Source: Diplonema japonicum | Taxonomy: Eukaryota > Protista > Euglenozoa: Diplonemea | Direction of reading: 5' to 3' | Assembly: GCA_964019335.1 (NCBI GenBank) | Contig: OZ025728.1 | Span: 1 to 64,000 of the forward strand | Length of the DNA stretch: 64,000 nt | Shown here: one piece after another, positions 1-10,963 of the stretch | How the letters are laid out: every line of letters starts with the position of its first letter | Position numbering within the stretch: the stretch's first letter is position 1 | Notes under the pieces: generated by a model | What the model was told of the DNA's origin: nothing | The model's input: only the letters and a program-made list of their open reading frames with translations | The model's database searches: none | Translations under genes and position numbers: made by a program

Positions 1-501
1 TACCTTGTACATGGGTACAAGTTGCCGCATGGCTGGTAACTTCAGCGTCACAGTTAGCGCTCGATGCGACGGCACGCCTATGTCTTCAGTAACACAGGAC
101 ACAAGCGCTGCAGCAGCTATGGGGTTCATCAGGATGTAGTCGGGTCTTGTGGCTGCAACGGCAGTAACGTAGGTGGGGCTTGGGTCCCTCCCTTGATGTT
201 TTGCAAACATCGCGGATGCGTCCCCAGCGCGTGTTAAGCGCATGTTGCAATGTAGGAGATGCATCGATTGTAGTGTTCATATCTCCAACTACAATGATCG
301 GGACCTGGCCTAGCGATATCCGCAATCGGTTTAGGCAAAGTAAGGTTTCGCGAGCAGCGACTCCAGCCTTCGACTTATCAACATCGGCGTACAGGTTAAC
401 TACGTGTAACCACCTGTTGCCTTCACCCATCGCGTACATTACATGTTGGAATCTCGTCTGCTGTCCAACATCCGGGAGGGACATGCTGTTCTATGCAGGT
501 G

Positions 502-1087
<586 letters not shown>

Positions 1088-1493
1088 GAATACGGTATAA
1101 TGTGGCGACGCCTCCCCTCTCCGCTAAGGTTGGGGATTCAACACCGTCCAGCATCAGTCCACGTTGCGGTTTCCCAAATATGACACGCCTCTGCGTCATA
1201 CCCGGATCCCCCTTCATTGTTGTAGCCACTTGGAATTGTGTCGTAGCCGTCAGCGCCGTCTCCTGAACACACAGGATATTGGCTGTTACCTTCTTGAGGA
1301 TGTGGAATGTGTTGTTCCACGAAGTAACGTTAACCGATGTTATCGTCACTGTGTCGCACGTTTTCGCATCACCTATCGATGTCAAGGGCGGACGCGGAAC
1401 ACTACCTTTCGTGCCTTGAGGTTCTCCCGCTGGAACGTAGAAGTCCTTCCATAATCCTGTCGTCTTCACCTTGAGGGATATCTTCTTGCACGG

Positions 1494-1520
1494 CGGGCCA
1501 GGGTTGGGGTGCACATCACC
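1494..1520 (-). other. 2A-like (StopGo) peptide core GDVHPNPGP
   Basis: ALLRLLADGDVHPNPGP matches GD(V/I)ExNPGP except E->H, and lies upstream of the APE domain as in 2A-bearing LINEs such as L1Tc. Confidence 0.75.
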
Positions 1521-3530
1521 ATCAGCTAACAGCCTGAGGAGTGCCTCCATCGCGATGTTTGAATATGCATGTTTTTGGTTGCATATTCGGGGAAGGGAGA
1601 AGTAGGGGCCCATGCTAAACACTGAAGGGGGGTAGCAGAGCAGGGGAACACTGATTGGGAGGAAGATCATGATACGGGTCCTCATCTTTGGCGATGTGTG
1701 CTCTTCCCTGTTGCACACTTCTGATGTTGTTGTTTTTGTTGATGTTGTTGTAGAAGTTGTTGAGTTGCGCCTAGCTGTTGCACCATAGGCGCCATTGCCT
1801 GCGCGATCAACCTTTGTACCACATCGGTAGCTCCAAGCGGGTCTTGGGTGGGCGGGGTCGGTTCTGGTTTCTTGGTAGCGGTAACCTGCTGTACGGCCTG
1901 CTGCAGTTGCTGGATCTGTTGGACGATGGGTTTCAGTGCCTCTGCGATGATGCCGTTCACCATGTCCGCCCAGTTCGGTGGTGTAGGCTGCGGGGACGAC
2001 AACGAAGGTTGTTGGGGTTTCCAGGCGCTCGTCGTGCCACCTTGGAACGTCACAGTCCCGCCGATCCCTACACCTTCCTTCTTCGCCTTCGGGTTTTTCG
2101 CCTTTGGGTTTTTCGCCTTCGGGTCTCTCGCATTCGGGTTCTTCGCCTTCGCCCCAGCCGTCTTTTTCGGTCTTTGGTTTACCACAGTCTTCGATGTCAC
2201 GTCGCCCTTCTCCGCGTCGGTCTCCTCCATCTTGGCGTCCACTCGGCGCTCGTTCTTCTTCCTTAGCAGTCCGATCCCACCGAACAGCGGCACCTCGAAC
2301 CCGGGTGGCTCCTTCTGTGCTAGCAGCATCCACCTTTTGGTCGACCCTCTTAGGGATGACCGAGTCACCTCGACCGTCCACCCCCATGCAGCCAACATCA
2401 TCTTGAGCTCTGTTGGTCTCATGTCGCGTGGCACCTTCTCCAGATACCAAGCCTCCGTCTGCGGTGTCGCTAGACCCTTGGCTTCGAGGTTCTTCCGGAG
2501 TTCGTTCTCCGCTGTACCCGGCGCCACACGAATACCAACCCGCTGTCGCTGGTCACCGCAACCCCAGCGTATTGCTGGTACTTCTGTGCCACCGAGACCC
2601 ATCTCGAGTGTCATACCCTTCTTCAGCCACACCACGCTGTCAGAGGTCTCGTCCATCGGCAGCCTTGCGGTGATCCCGTCCTTGCCACTCCTACCTAGTA
2701 GCTCCGGTGCTCTGTTGGATGCCACACAGACCGTGGTCTTCGCGCACTCCGGGTATACCCTCGGCCTGGAGAGGTCGAAGTCCTTACCTCCAACCCAGGT
2801 GGTGAACATTTTGTTGGCCTCATCCAACGAGGACTTCTTGTGTAGCGTGAGATGCACCAGCGTCGTGCACTTCTTCTTGATGGTTTCCGCCTGTCTTGCC
2901 ATGGGGGCGAGATCGGACCAACCCATATGTGACATCCAAACTGTCAGTGATGTCGTGCCGGAGCGGTCTGGAAGGTCAAACGCGACTTGTTGCTTCTTGC
3001 CAGGGATCGCTGGTAGCGGTTGGCGGGAGATGACTCCGGTTTGTGGTGCGACAGGTGCCATTCGCACGCTGCCATGTCTTCCTGCTCGACTAGCATGACA
3101 CCACAGCAGTTTTCCGTCACACCGATGATGTCTGTAATGATCGGGAATGTCCAATCCAATTCGCGCAGCTTCAAGTTCGCAAATGTTTTCGGTGGGAGGG
3201 GTTCCTTCCCGGCGATCATCTCCGGGAGGGATGCGGTCTCCGGCCGTACCAGGACTGGGTTGGTCGTCAACAGGCCGTCCGGGCCGTCCGCGTCTTCCTT
3301 CTTCAGGGCGTAGTATTCACCCCCGATCTCAGCCAGCCAGCCGACTGGCACCCCCTGCGCGTGGCCAATCATCTTAAAAAAAATAACGCCCAAAATTCAC
3401 CCAAAATTCGCACGCAAATTGCGTCGCTGCCAAGTAACCCATATGGACATGTGGGTGCCTAAAATTGGTGCTCAAGACGCACTTGAAATGATATTGCAAG
3501 CGGGAATAAAAAGCGTAGTAATAAAAAGTA

Positions 3531-3843
3531 ATATATGAGTTAAAGGAGGCCGGTGTTGGCGGCGCCCTGCACAAGAACTGTCTACTTGATTACAGGGGGC
3601 GCACCGCGGCCCAGTTGTAGCTTCTTCTGCGTTCCACGTCGTGTCCTTGATGCGTGCGGTGTACAGCTCAACCCCCGGGTAACCAAGATTCTGCGCTCGT
3701 GCAGTTTGCTGCCTGTTCGCACCCTGAGCATCTGCATGATGTTCTTCCATCCCTCGGGCGCTACCGGTGATGACCGACGAGGAGGTCAACAGCGAACAAC
3801 ACATCTGATGTTTTTCTTATATTTTCATGTTATCCCCACCACC
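3531..3843 (-). mobile_element. Short non-autonomous retroposon (SINE/SIDE-like, 313 bp) with 5' HDV-like ribozyme
   Basis: Further copies at 63931-64000 (near identical), 43041-43255 and 61204-61285 (decayed). It ends in CCTTTAACTCATATAT like the LINE and has a putative TTACTTT target-site duplication. Confidence 0.8.
3708..3843 (-). ncRNA. HDV-like self-cleaving ribozyme (SINE 5' end)
   Basis: P1 GGUGGUG(3843-3837)/CAUCACC(3772-3766); P2 GCUGUUG(3793-3787)/CAGGCAGC(3715-3708, one bulge); P3 ACC/GGU with L3 UCCUCGUC; P1.1 GG(3765-3764); P4 GCCCGAG...CUCAGGGU; J4/2 GCGAA with candidate catalytic C at 3719. Confidence 0.8.
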
Positions 3844-4054
3844 GAAAGTAAAAAAACAGGTGAAGAAGGATAAATACTGCATACGAAAACAGAAAGTCGA
3901 ATAAAAAAGGATAAAAGTGACTGACATCCTCAAGAAGAGCCTCCCACGTACAGGAATTAAGCAGGTTGCTTCCATGGACCGTATCAGTAATAATGGCCAG
4001 AGGCGCAAAACAGGTTGGTTCCCCTCCTTCCCTTTCTCTGATATTTTAATGTCG

Positions 4055-4566
4055 AGGTAGCCGTTCTGCGATGCAAGATGAACCGGTCGTAGCCTTTGAC
4101 AGCACAGTTTCGACCACGATTTTCGGCGAGATATTTTACCATTTAAAGGTAGCCGCCCTCTGCTGCAAGATGAACCGGTGTCCAACGGTAGTTACTTTTG
4201 ATTCTTGCGTTTTGACTGCGAGTTTCAACAAGATACTTGTCACACGTCCTTGTTTTAGACACCACAGTCTTGATCAGGATTTTCGGCGAGATGATGATAT
4301 TTTTTCATTTCAAGGTGGCCGCCCCCTGCTGCAAGATGAATCGGTGTCCTTTGTTGTTTTTGACAGCACAGTTTGACCGCGAGTTTCGGCGAAATTTTAC
4401 TGTTGGCAAACCCGCAAATTAACTTAAATTGGCCGCCCTCTGCTGCAAGATGAACCGGTGTCCAACCGTTGTTGCTTCTAACACCATAGTCTTGACCGCG
4501 AGTTTCGGCGAGTTATTTAACTATTTCAAGGTGGCCGTTCTCTGCTGCAAGATGAAGCGGTGTCCT
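4055..4566. repeat. Degenerate tandem repeat, 5 units of ~90-165 bp
   Basis: Core (A)GGTGGCCGCCCTCTGCTGCAAGATGAACCGGTGTCC recurs near 4055, 4147, 4313, 4430 and 4529; secondary core TTTCGGCGAG. Confidence 0.8.
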
Positions 4567-4590
4567 ACCACCAGGGTCCTGGTGGTAGGA
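4563..4590. repeat. Perfect 13 bp inverted repeat (hairpin)
   Basis: TCCTACCACCAGG-GT-CCTGGTGGTAGGA. Confidence 0.9.
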
Positions 4591-5846
4591 ACAGACGAGA
4601 GTAGCCACAGCTTCGACACAGTTGTTTTCGCGAGCTGCGAAACCATGATCACCACCGCCGACACCCCGCTACCTTTTCCCCTGCAAAGCCACACACTTCT
4701 TGTAGCACCCTTGGCTACTAGTGCCCTTAATTCCGTATGAAGAAAGCATCTTTGTATCATTATCATTTAGTCCATGTATCATGAGTTTTAATTTATAAAC
4801 CTTCTTGGCATTATTGCTTCCTTTAAACACGGTTATTGATGGCTGTACTCATTTGCCAACCATTGTATCAAAGACTAGTTTTCATTTGTGAGCAGTGTAG
4901 TGATCCCTCTCAATGTTGCTGTTTCTTTTGTTTTTAGTCAAATAGATAAATCCCAATAACCTTGGAACGTCCACATATTTCCGCTATTCTATTCCTTTTC
5001 AGAATCCAGAATTGCTCGATTTGCATCCACATATCTTAATGTGTAAATATTATCTACTGGAATATCTTGTACCGATGGGCGGTAGGGTCTTTGTATGCTG
5101 ATGATAGTTCCATTAAATTTTGAATTTTATTCCACTCTTCTGAAATTACTTCACACACAAGGGACTCTTTAATTCAGACCCATTCCATGCGAAATTCTTC
5201 AATTCTGATGGTGGTTTACAAAACCTTTTGATGAGTTCCAGAGTGGGGATTGAAATCAGTGGGCAATGATGTATGAAACTAACTTTATGTGGCTCTGGCA
5301 CCCAAGGCGAATCTGATCTTCCTGCCACCACAAGTTCGTTTCTTTATGTCCTTCATATCCTTCAGAGCTCGAGAGCGGAGTTATCCTGGTGATCCCAGCG
5401 ATCAGAAATAAAGTCGGATGCTCTCTTTCCTCTGCACCCGAACAATCACAAGGACAGCATCTTGGCAGTGCACCAGTTAACTCCCAATCGGACCATCACC
5501 AGACAGGAAGTTATACAGGGCACTATTGTCCAGCATAGATAATTTCTGCCCAACAAGCAACTTCGCAAAGAGATGTCAAGGACAGGGCGAAGGGACAACA
5601 GGGCACACTCTGAATCTAGCCCCATCAAGGTTCACACAGCCTGGAGAACTCACATCATTGCGTTGTGTTTTGCTGCCTTGCGTTGTGCTGCTTCGTGTCA
5701 TGTATCGCGTTGTCCATTACGTAACGTATTCACTGCTGTTACCTTGCGTTTCATTCCTAGTTGCACAAATCATTGTCCTGCGGTATTGTCACCTTATCAA
5801 TGACAGAGAGGGCTGAAATGGCTGAAGAGATGTTGATGTTCTCACA

Positions 5847-5970
5847 TGCTTTTTTTTTTTTTTTTTTTTTTTTTTTTGTGGGTGTTTAAAAACCTGGTGG
5901 TGGTGGTGGTGGGGATTCAAGCAACCATTTAAGAAGAAGAAGGAGAGGGAACAAAAAGAAAAAGAAAAAG
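5847..5970 (-). repeat. Duplicate of the tyrosinase upstream / 5'UTR segment (9152-9270)
   Basis: Shares GTGGGTGTTTAAAAACCTGGTGGTGG...GGGATTCAAGCAACCATTTAAGAAGAA with 9176-9235. Here it is followed on the minus strand by ATG-TGA instead of a CDS. Confidence 0.85.
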
Positions 5971-7222
5971 AAAAAAAGAATAAGAAAACGAGAGGAATTT
6001 CATTTTATTTTTTTCACTCTGACCTCTACAATATGAAAGTAAAGGAAAGAATGATAAAAAAAAAACAAAGGAAAAAAAAAAGACGAGAAGATGACTGTGT
6101 TTCTGAATTCCATATTCCAGGCTACCCCCCTGCTGCTGAGAGTGAGAACATTCACGTTATGAAAGATTGAGATGCCTTCTTCGAAGGAGCAGCCCCCCCC
6201 CCCCCCCCCCCCAGCGCACAAAACAAGCAGCCCTTCATACTCACAGTTTAGATCTTTGTTGATGCAATAAATATTTAAAGGAGAGGGGGGAAAAAAAAAA
6301 GGGAAAAAAAAGGACCAGTTTTCTTTTTTTTATCCATGTGTGACACAATGCCAGCCTGGTCCCGTCCCATAAGAGAGGGATCACGGAGAAAACCCAAATC
6401 GTCAAGCGGTGGTGCTCCACGACATGAAGAGGGTCATAAAAAAAAATATTTATTATTTAAAAAAAAAAAGGAGTAGAGCAGCAATTAGCAAAAGGGATAG
6501 ATACGTCAACTTTCTTTTTTTCTTTCTTCCGCAAACGCTTTTCTCTGCTGTACTTTCGCAACTGCTAAGAAACATAACCTCTTTTTTAAGCAAATGCTCG
6601 GCAGCACAAAAAGGGCAGAGGAGAGAGTCGCGAGGGGGGGAAATTTAAATAAAAAAAGGAATCCCAAAAACCAACTCTACAAAAATGAACACGAATCGAA
6701 GAAAAAAAATAAATTTAAAAGAAAAGAATGAAAGAAAAAAAAATGAGAGAGAAAGAGAGAGACAGAGAGAAATACCGATGATGATGAAAAGATAAGTGAT
6801 AAACTGAAGGATTGTTACGATCCGTACTCCAGGTTTTCTTTCTTTCCTTCTTTCTCACTCTCTCTCTCTCTTCTCTCACTCTCTTTTTTTCTTTCTTTTT
6901 TGAATGCCATTCCGCAAGGAATGATAATAAAAGAGAGGGAAACGAAGGGGGGGTGAAAAATACCTTTAGTGCATTTCTTTTGAGTATAGAGAATAAAGCT
7001 TGAGAATAAAAAAAACTAAAAAAAAAGCATAAAAAAAACTGCAAATTAGTTTTCTTGTGCTTTTTTTCCCTTTCCCCCCCCCCCCCTTTTTTTTTCTCTA
7101 CTCGGCCCAAAGTGCACTAGGAATTAAGATATTTTTCTTCTTTTTCTTTTAAAAACAGATTTTTGTAAAAAACCCCGCAAAAGAAAGAAAGGCGGAGTTT
7201 TTGGGGCGGGGTGATAGTTTTC

Positions 7223-9145
7223 TTACCTCAAGGAACCGCAAGGCTTGTACAGCTCACGTGCGGAGATCGGTGCCCTCATCATGGAGATGAAAGAGTCGGG
7301 GATCTGGTCCTGGCCGGTGGAGTGTCTGTGGCATTCCTCCCGCGCAAGGTCTTTAAACATAGCAGACCTGCTCTCCCCTTCCTTCTCCCTCGTCGCGTCT
7401 GCCTCGTCGAACATCAACTCGATTTTCTTGTCTGAGAGGAAGTGCTTCCTGAACGCTGCGCGGGCATTGTCCTCCTTGTTGTTCTTGTTGTTCTCGTTGT
7501 CCTTGTTCTTGTTCTTGTTGTTGAGAACAACCCCCTCCCTGGAAGCTCCCCCCTCGCTCACACAGGTGGAGGAACAGCCGTCCCCATCAACAGTGTTCCC
7601 GTCGTCGCACTCCTCGGCACCCCCCATCTCCGCAGTGTCCACCGTCCCGTCCCCGCAGCACGTCAGCTTCGGGGCCGTCCCGGGAACAACGAAGTCCCAG
7701 CTCCCCCTCAAGGGGCTCCCGATGAGGTCCGCAAGGGTGTCCGTGCCGTAGGTGTAGCTCGCACCGTGCGGGAGGTCTGTGATGCTGTGCATGTCGCGGA
7801 TGGTGGCGGGGTGGTCCTGGAAGAAGGTGGGGATCCTGCTCCCGTCCACGCTGAAGGGCAGCGTCCCCTCCAGGCTCATGTCCTCGGCGGGCGACGCGGA
7901 GAAGTAGATGGTCTCGTTGAGGGCGTCCTTCGGGACCTCGTCGTAGCCGTGGTAGTCCTGCCACAGGGCCCATATCCTGTCCACGTTCGCGTGGTGCACG
8001 AAGAAGAGCGGGTCATCGGGGCTCAGGTACGACCCCATGTGGCCGCTTACGTAGATGTGCGGGGCGGCGTGCGGGTTCCCCTCCAAGACGGGGCGGAAGT
8101 TCCGGAAGGCCGCGTTCGAGGTGATGATCGCCGAGATCTCCATCGCCCCTGCGAACCCGGCCCTGCCCCAGTTCCTGGACAGGCACTCCCCGTCCGACGC
8201 CGTCCACCCCGCCGCCACCCCCTCCGTCACGCAGTTGTCGGGCCAGCCCCCCACACCGCTCCTCGTTCCGAAGGTCTTCGCCCTGAAGGGTGTGCTGAAG
8301 CGCTCCTCCTCGTCGTCCCTCTCCCAGTCCCAGTACGGGACCGTCACGCACCCGAACCCGGGGAGGGAGCGCAGGGCGTTCTCGTAGCCGACCAGGAACC
8401 AGCGGTGCCAGGGGAGGAAGGCAGAAGTCCAGTGCGCGTACCCTCCGTTGTTTCGGTGCAGCTGCGACAGGTCGTGGTAGTCCGTGGTATTCTCCGAGTG
8501 CAGCGTCCGCACTGCCTCGATGAAGTGCTCCCTCTCCGTGCACGACAGCATGGACCACCCCTTCCTCACACGCGGCCCGCACTTGGTGGGCGGGCTGGGT
8601 GTAGACGGCGCATCGGTGGGCTGGCTAGGCACATCGGTCTCGTTAGTAAAGGTCTTCCCCCCGCCGCACACGCAGCACGCCTCGTTCGCCACGTGTTCGT
8701 TCCGGTAGCGAGAGCCGTACCACCCGCAGCGCTGCGCCCCCGCACCGTACCAGTCACAACCAGTCTCGTAAGGCTTGTCCACCCAGATCCCCCCGCCGGA
8801 GAGTCGCAGGTCGGTGCACTTTTCTGCTGTCCCGGGCGACGACGACGGGCTGGGTGTAGACGGCGCATCGGTGGGCGGGCTGGGTGTAGACGGCGCATCG
8901 GTCTCGTTAAAGGTCTTCCCCCCGCCGCACACGCAGCACGCCTCGTTCGCCACGTGTTCGTTCCGGTAGCGAGAGCCGTACCACCTGCAGCGCTGCGCCC
9001 CCGCACCGTACCAGTCACAACCAGTCTCGTAAGGCTTGTCCACCCAGATCCCCCCGCCGGAGAGCCGCAGGTCGGTGCACTTTTCCGCTGCTGCTGCCCC
9101 GCCCGCTAGGCTCAGGATTAGTGCTAGAAGCACCGAAGTATGCAT
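7223..9145 (-). CDS. Secreted tyrosinase / type-3 copper oxidase with two Cys-rich N-terminal repeats and a Myxococcus-type Cys-rich repeat
   Basis: Signal peptide; CuA HRNNGGYAHWTSAFLPWHR; CuB PHAAPH...DPLFFVHHANVDRIW; CGDG...EECDDGNTVDGDGCSSTC. The ORF end overlaps a GTAAG donor, so a further small exon is possible. Confidence 0.9.
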   Translation of the reverse strand: MHTSVLLALILSLAGGAAAAEKCTDLRLSGGGIWVDKPYETGCDWYGAGAQRCRWYGSRYRNEHVANEACCVCGGGKTFNETDAPSTPSPPTDAPSTPSPSSSPGTAEKCTDLRLSGGGIWVDKPYETGCDWYGAGAQRCGWYGSRYRNEHVANEACCVCGGGKTFTNETDVPSQPTDAPSTPSPPTKCGPRVRKGWSMLSCTEREHFIEAVRTLHSENTTDYHDLSQLHRNNGGYAHWTSAFLPWHRWFLVGYENALRSLPGFGCVTVPYWDWERDDEEERFSTPFRAKTFGTRSGVGGWPDNCVTEGVAAGWTASDGECLSRNWGRAGFAGAMEISAIITSNAAFRNFRPVLEGNPHAAPHIYVSGHMGSYLSPDDPLFFVHHANVDRIWALWQDYHGYDEVPKDALNETIYFSASPAEDMSLEGTLPFSVDGSRIPTFFQDHPATIRDMHSITDLPHGASYTYGTDTLADLIGSPLRGSWDFVVPGTAPKLTCCGDGTVDTAEMGGAEECDDGNTVDGDGCSSTCVSEGGASREGVVLNNKNKNKDNENNKNNKEDNARAAFRKHFLSDKKIELMFDEADATREKEGESRSAMFKDLAREECHRHSTGQDQIPDSFISMMRAPISARELYKPCGSLR

Positions 9146-9270
9146 CTTTTTTGCTTTTTTTTTTTTTTTTTTTTTGTGGGTGTTTAAAAACCTGGTGGTG
9201 GTGGTGGGGATTCAAGCAACCATTTAAGAAGAAAAAAGAAAGAGAGGGAACAAAAAGAAAAAGAAAAAGA

Positions 9271-9714
9271 ATATATGAGTTAAAGGAAGTCTTTGTGAGA
9301 CGCCCCCTTGTTCTCATCCTCTACCTGCACCTATCCCCTTTCAGCAGCGGCTTCTCCTCCTTTGGTGGTCTTGCCGGCCTTCTCCCCAGCCTGGCCGCTC
9401 TTTCTCTTCGTTCTCTTGCCCATTGTCCTTTCAACGCCTCTACGTCATGCTTGGTGCAAATATCGCCCTCCTGTTCCATCCGATCACCGCCTTTGTCCTC
9501 CGATGGATCGTAGTGTGTGCACCCTTGTGCACGGCTCAGCTGGGAAGGCCCTCCTTCCTTTCACTTTCTTCAGTACCCTCCCTAGCTCCCATGTGTGCCA
9601 GATCTTCTTCATCAATCCATGCAATCTCCTCGCTTTCTGTACTTCTGCGAGATCCCCCAGCTTCCCTCCCAGGGTCTTCCCGGTCACGTTCTCAAAATCC
9701 CCACCGTCGACACT
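9271..9714 (-). mobile_element. 5'-truncated 3' fragment of LINE copy 2 family
   Basis: High similarity, with small deletions, to 44913-45380 including the terminal CTTCCTTTAACTCATATAT. Confidence 0.95.
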
Positions 9715-9750
9715 CAATAAAGCACAGAAACTGTAGCTTTAGAATTGGTT
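9715..9750 (-). other. Spliced-leader (mini-exon) sequence copy, diplonemid type
   Basis: AACCAATTCTAAAGCTACAGTTTCTGTGCTTTATTG versus the Diplonema SL exon as I recall it, AACCAACGATTTAAAAGCTACAGTTTCTGTACTTTATTG. No SL intron (GTATG...) follows, so this is not an SL RNA gene. Confidence 0.85.
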
Positions 9751-9910
9751 GCCATTGTACGCCAGCACCACCACTTTCTCGTGATCGGAGTTGTATTCCC
9801 CTATCATCAGGACCGGGTTCTTCCCCCCAGCAACCACGAGAATTGTGCGGCCAAACGCTTGTGCTGCGGTTGCTAGGCACAGGTGATCCCCCCACGTCGC
9901 CGCCGTGCCC
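9739..9910 (-). pseudogene. OTU-like cysteine protease domain fragment
   Basis: One frame reads GTAATWGDHLCLATAAQAFGRTILVVAGGKNPVLMIGEYNSDHEKVVVLAYNGNQF*, resembling the OTU C-terminal half (WGD..L.A.A..F...I.V ... L.Y.G.HY). No catalytic Cys half is visible. Confidence 0.55.
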
Positions 9911-10963
9911 ATCCCTACGTATCATCACGCAGCTTGTCTTGAAGGCTTCAGAGGTGAAATGAAGAAGAAGATCCCCTAGAAAATATGGGGGTTGCAGGGA
10001 CCAAAGAACAAAGTTGGAAATCATCAAACAGAAGTCAGAGTGGTGCATGACGTGCTTTGTGTCAGAATCTCAGAGAGGACACGTGATTCTTCATATGCCA
10101 CTCATATGTCACTACGTGGGCATCGATACCATCAGTCTTCGTGCCACGTGCCGCCCCACCGTTGTGCGTGAGGAAGCCCACCTGAACAGGGTTCGTTTTG
10201 TAAGCTAAACTTTCACAACACACCCAACCTCTCTATGTTAGCGGCTACTTCATCAGCCATCAATAGGCAACTGAGCGCGGCAAGCGCCACCAACAGCGGT
10301 TGTCATATAAATATTACATCCTGCGTGTGCCAATTTGTATCAATACTTTAAAATAAATAAAAATAAAAGAACTGGAGAGTGTTAGAAATGACCCACAAAA
10401 AAAAAAAAGAAGACAGAAAAGAAAGAAAATGCGACGCTTATACGAAAAAACAAAGCGTGCAGGGGGAAAAGAAAAGGAGAGAGAAGTGAAAATAAAAAAA
10501 AAAAAAAAAGAAGAAAAGTAAAACAAGAGAGGAAGAATGAAATATAGATATTTATAACCCAGCAAGCGTACTCGTTATATCTTGCACGTCGTCAGCGCCC
10601 GAAGGGCAGCTGGAGGCAGACATGAACGAAGGCTGCGGAGGTGAAACAGGTGTTTTATTAAGAAGAGAGTACAATTCAACTCTTCTTGGAGAGAGAAAAA
10701 AAGAGAGGAACATAAGGGACTTTACAGAATGTGACAAGGTGAGGAAAGGCCGTAGGAGTAATGGAGTTCTCAAACAAAGGATGGCCAAATATCGTTTTAA
10801 AAATTTATTTTTGCATTTCACCTATTAACTCTGTATATTTTTTGTCCCCTCCACGTTCACAAAAAATAAAAAGTAATTATTTCTTTTTGATTATGATAAA
10901 ATAGAATAGATTTGTTCGGCAGACGTTGTTAATGAGCTGCTGTGACTAGGAGGTGGCCCCTAT

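Noticed and set aside
3398-3475. Possible HDV-like ribozyme at the 5' end of LINE copy 1
   Set aside because: A P4-like hairpin, GCGAA and a CACCCA/TGGGTG pairing exist, but I could not build a convincing P1, P3 or L3.
4055-4566. CRISPR-like or hammerhead array
   Set aside because: The spacers are related to one another and uneven, the context is eukaryotic with no cas genes, and the hammerhead CUGANGA core is absent.
4740-5450. AT-rich stretch that may be a decayed gene or transposon
   Set aside because: No recognisable motif in any frame I read.
7442-9109. Long plus-strand ORFs here and opposite other genes
   Set aside because: Antisense shadows of GC3-rich minus-strand CDSs, with no domain motifs.
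9715-9750. Functional SL RNA gene
   Set aside because: No GT donor or SL intron follows the exon, and there is no tandem array; it is a processed copy.
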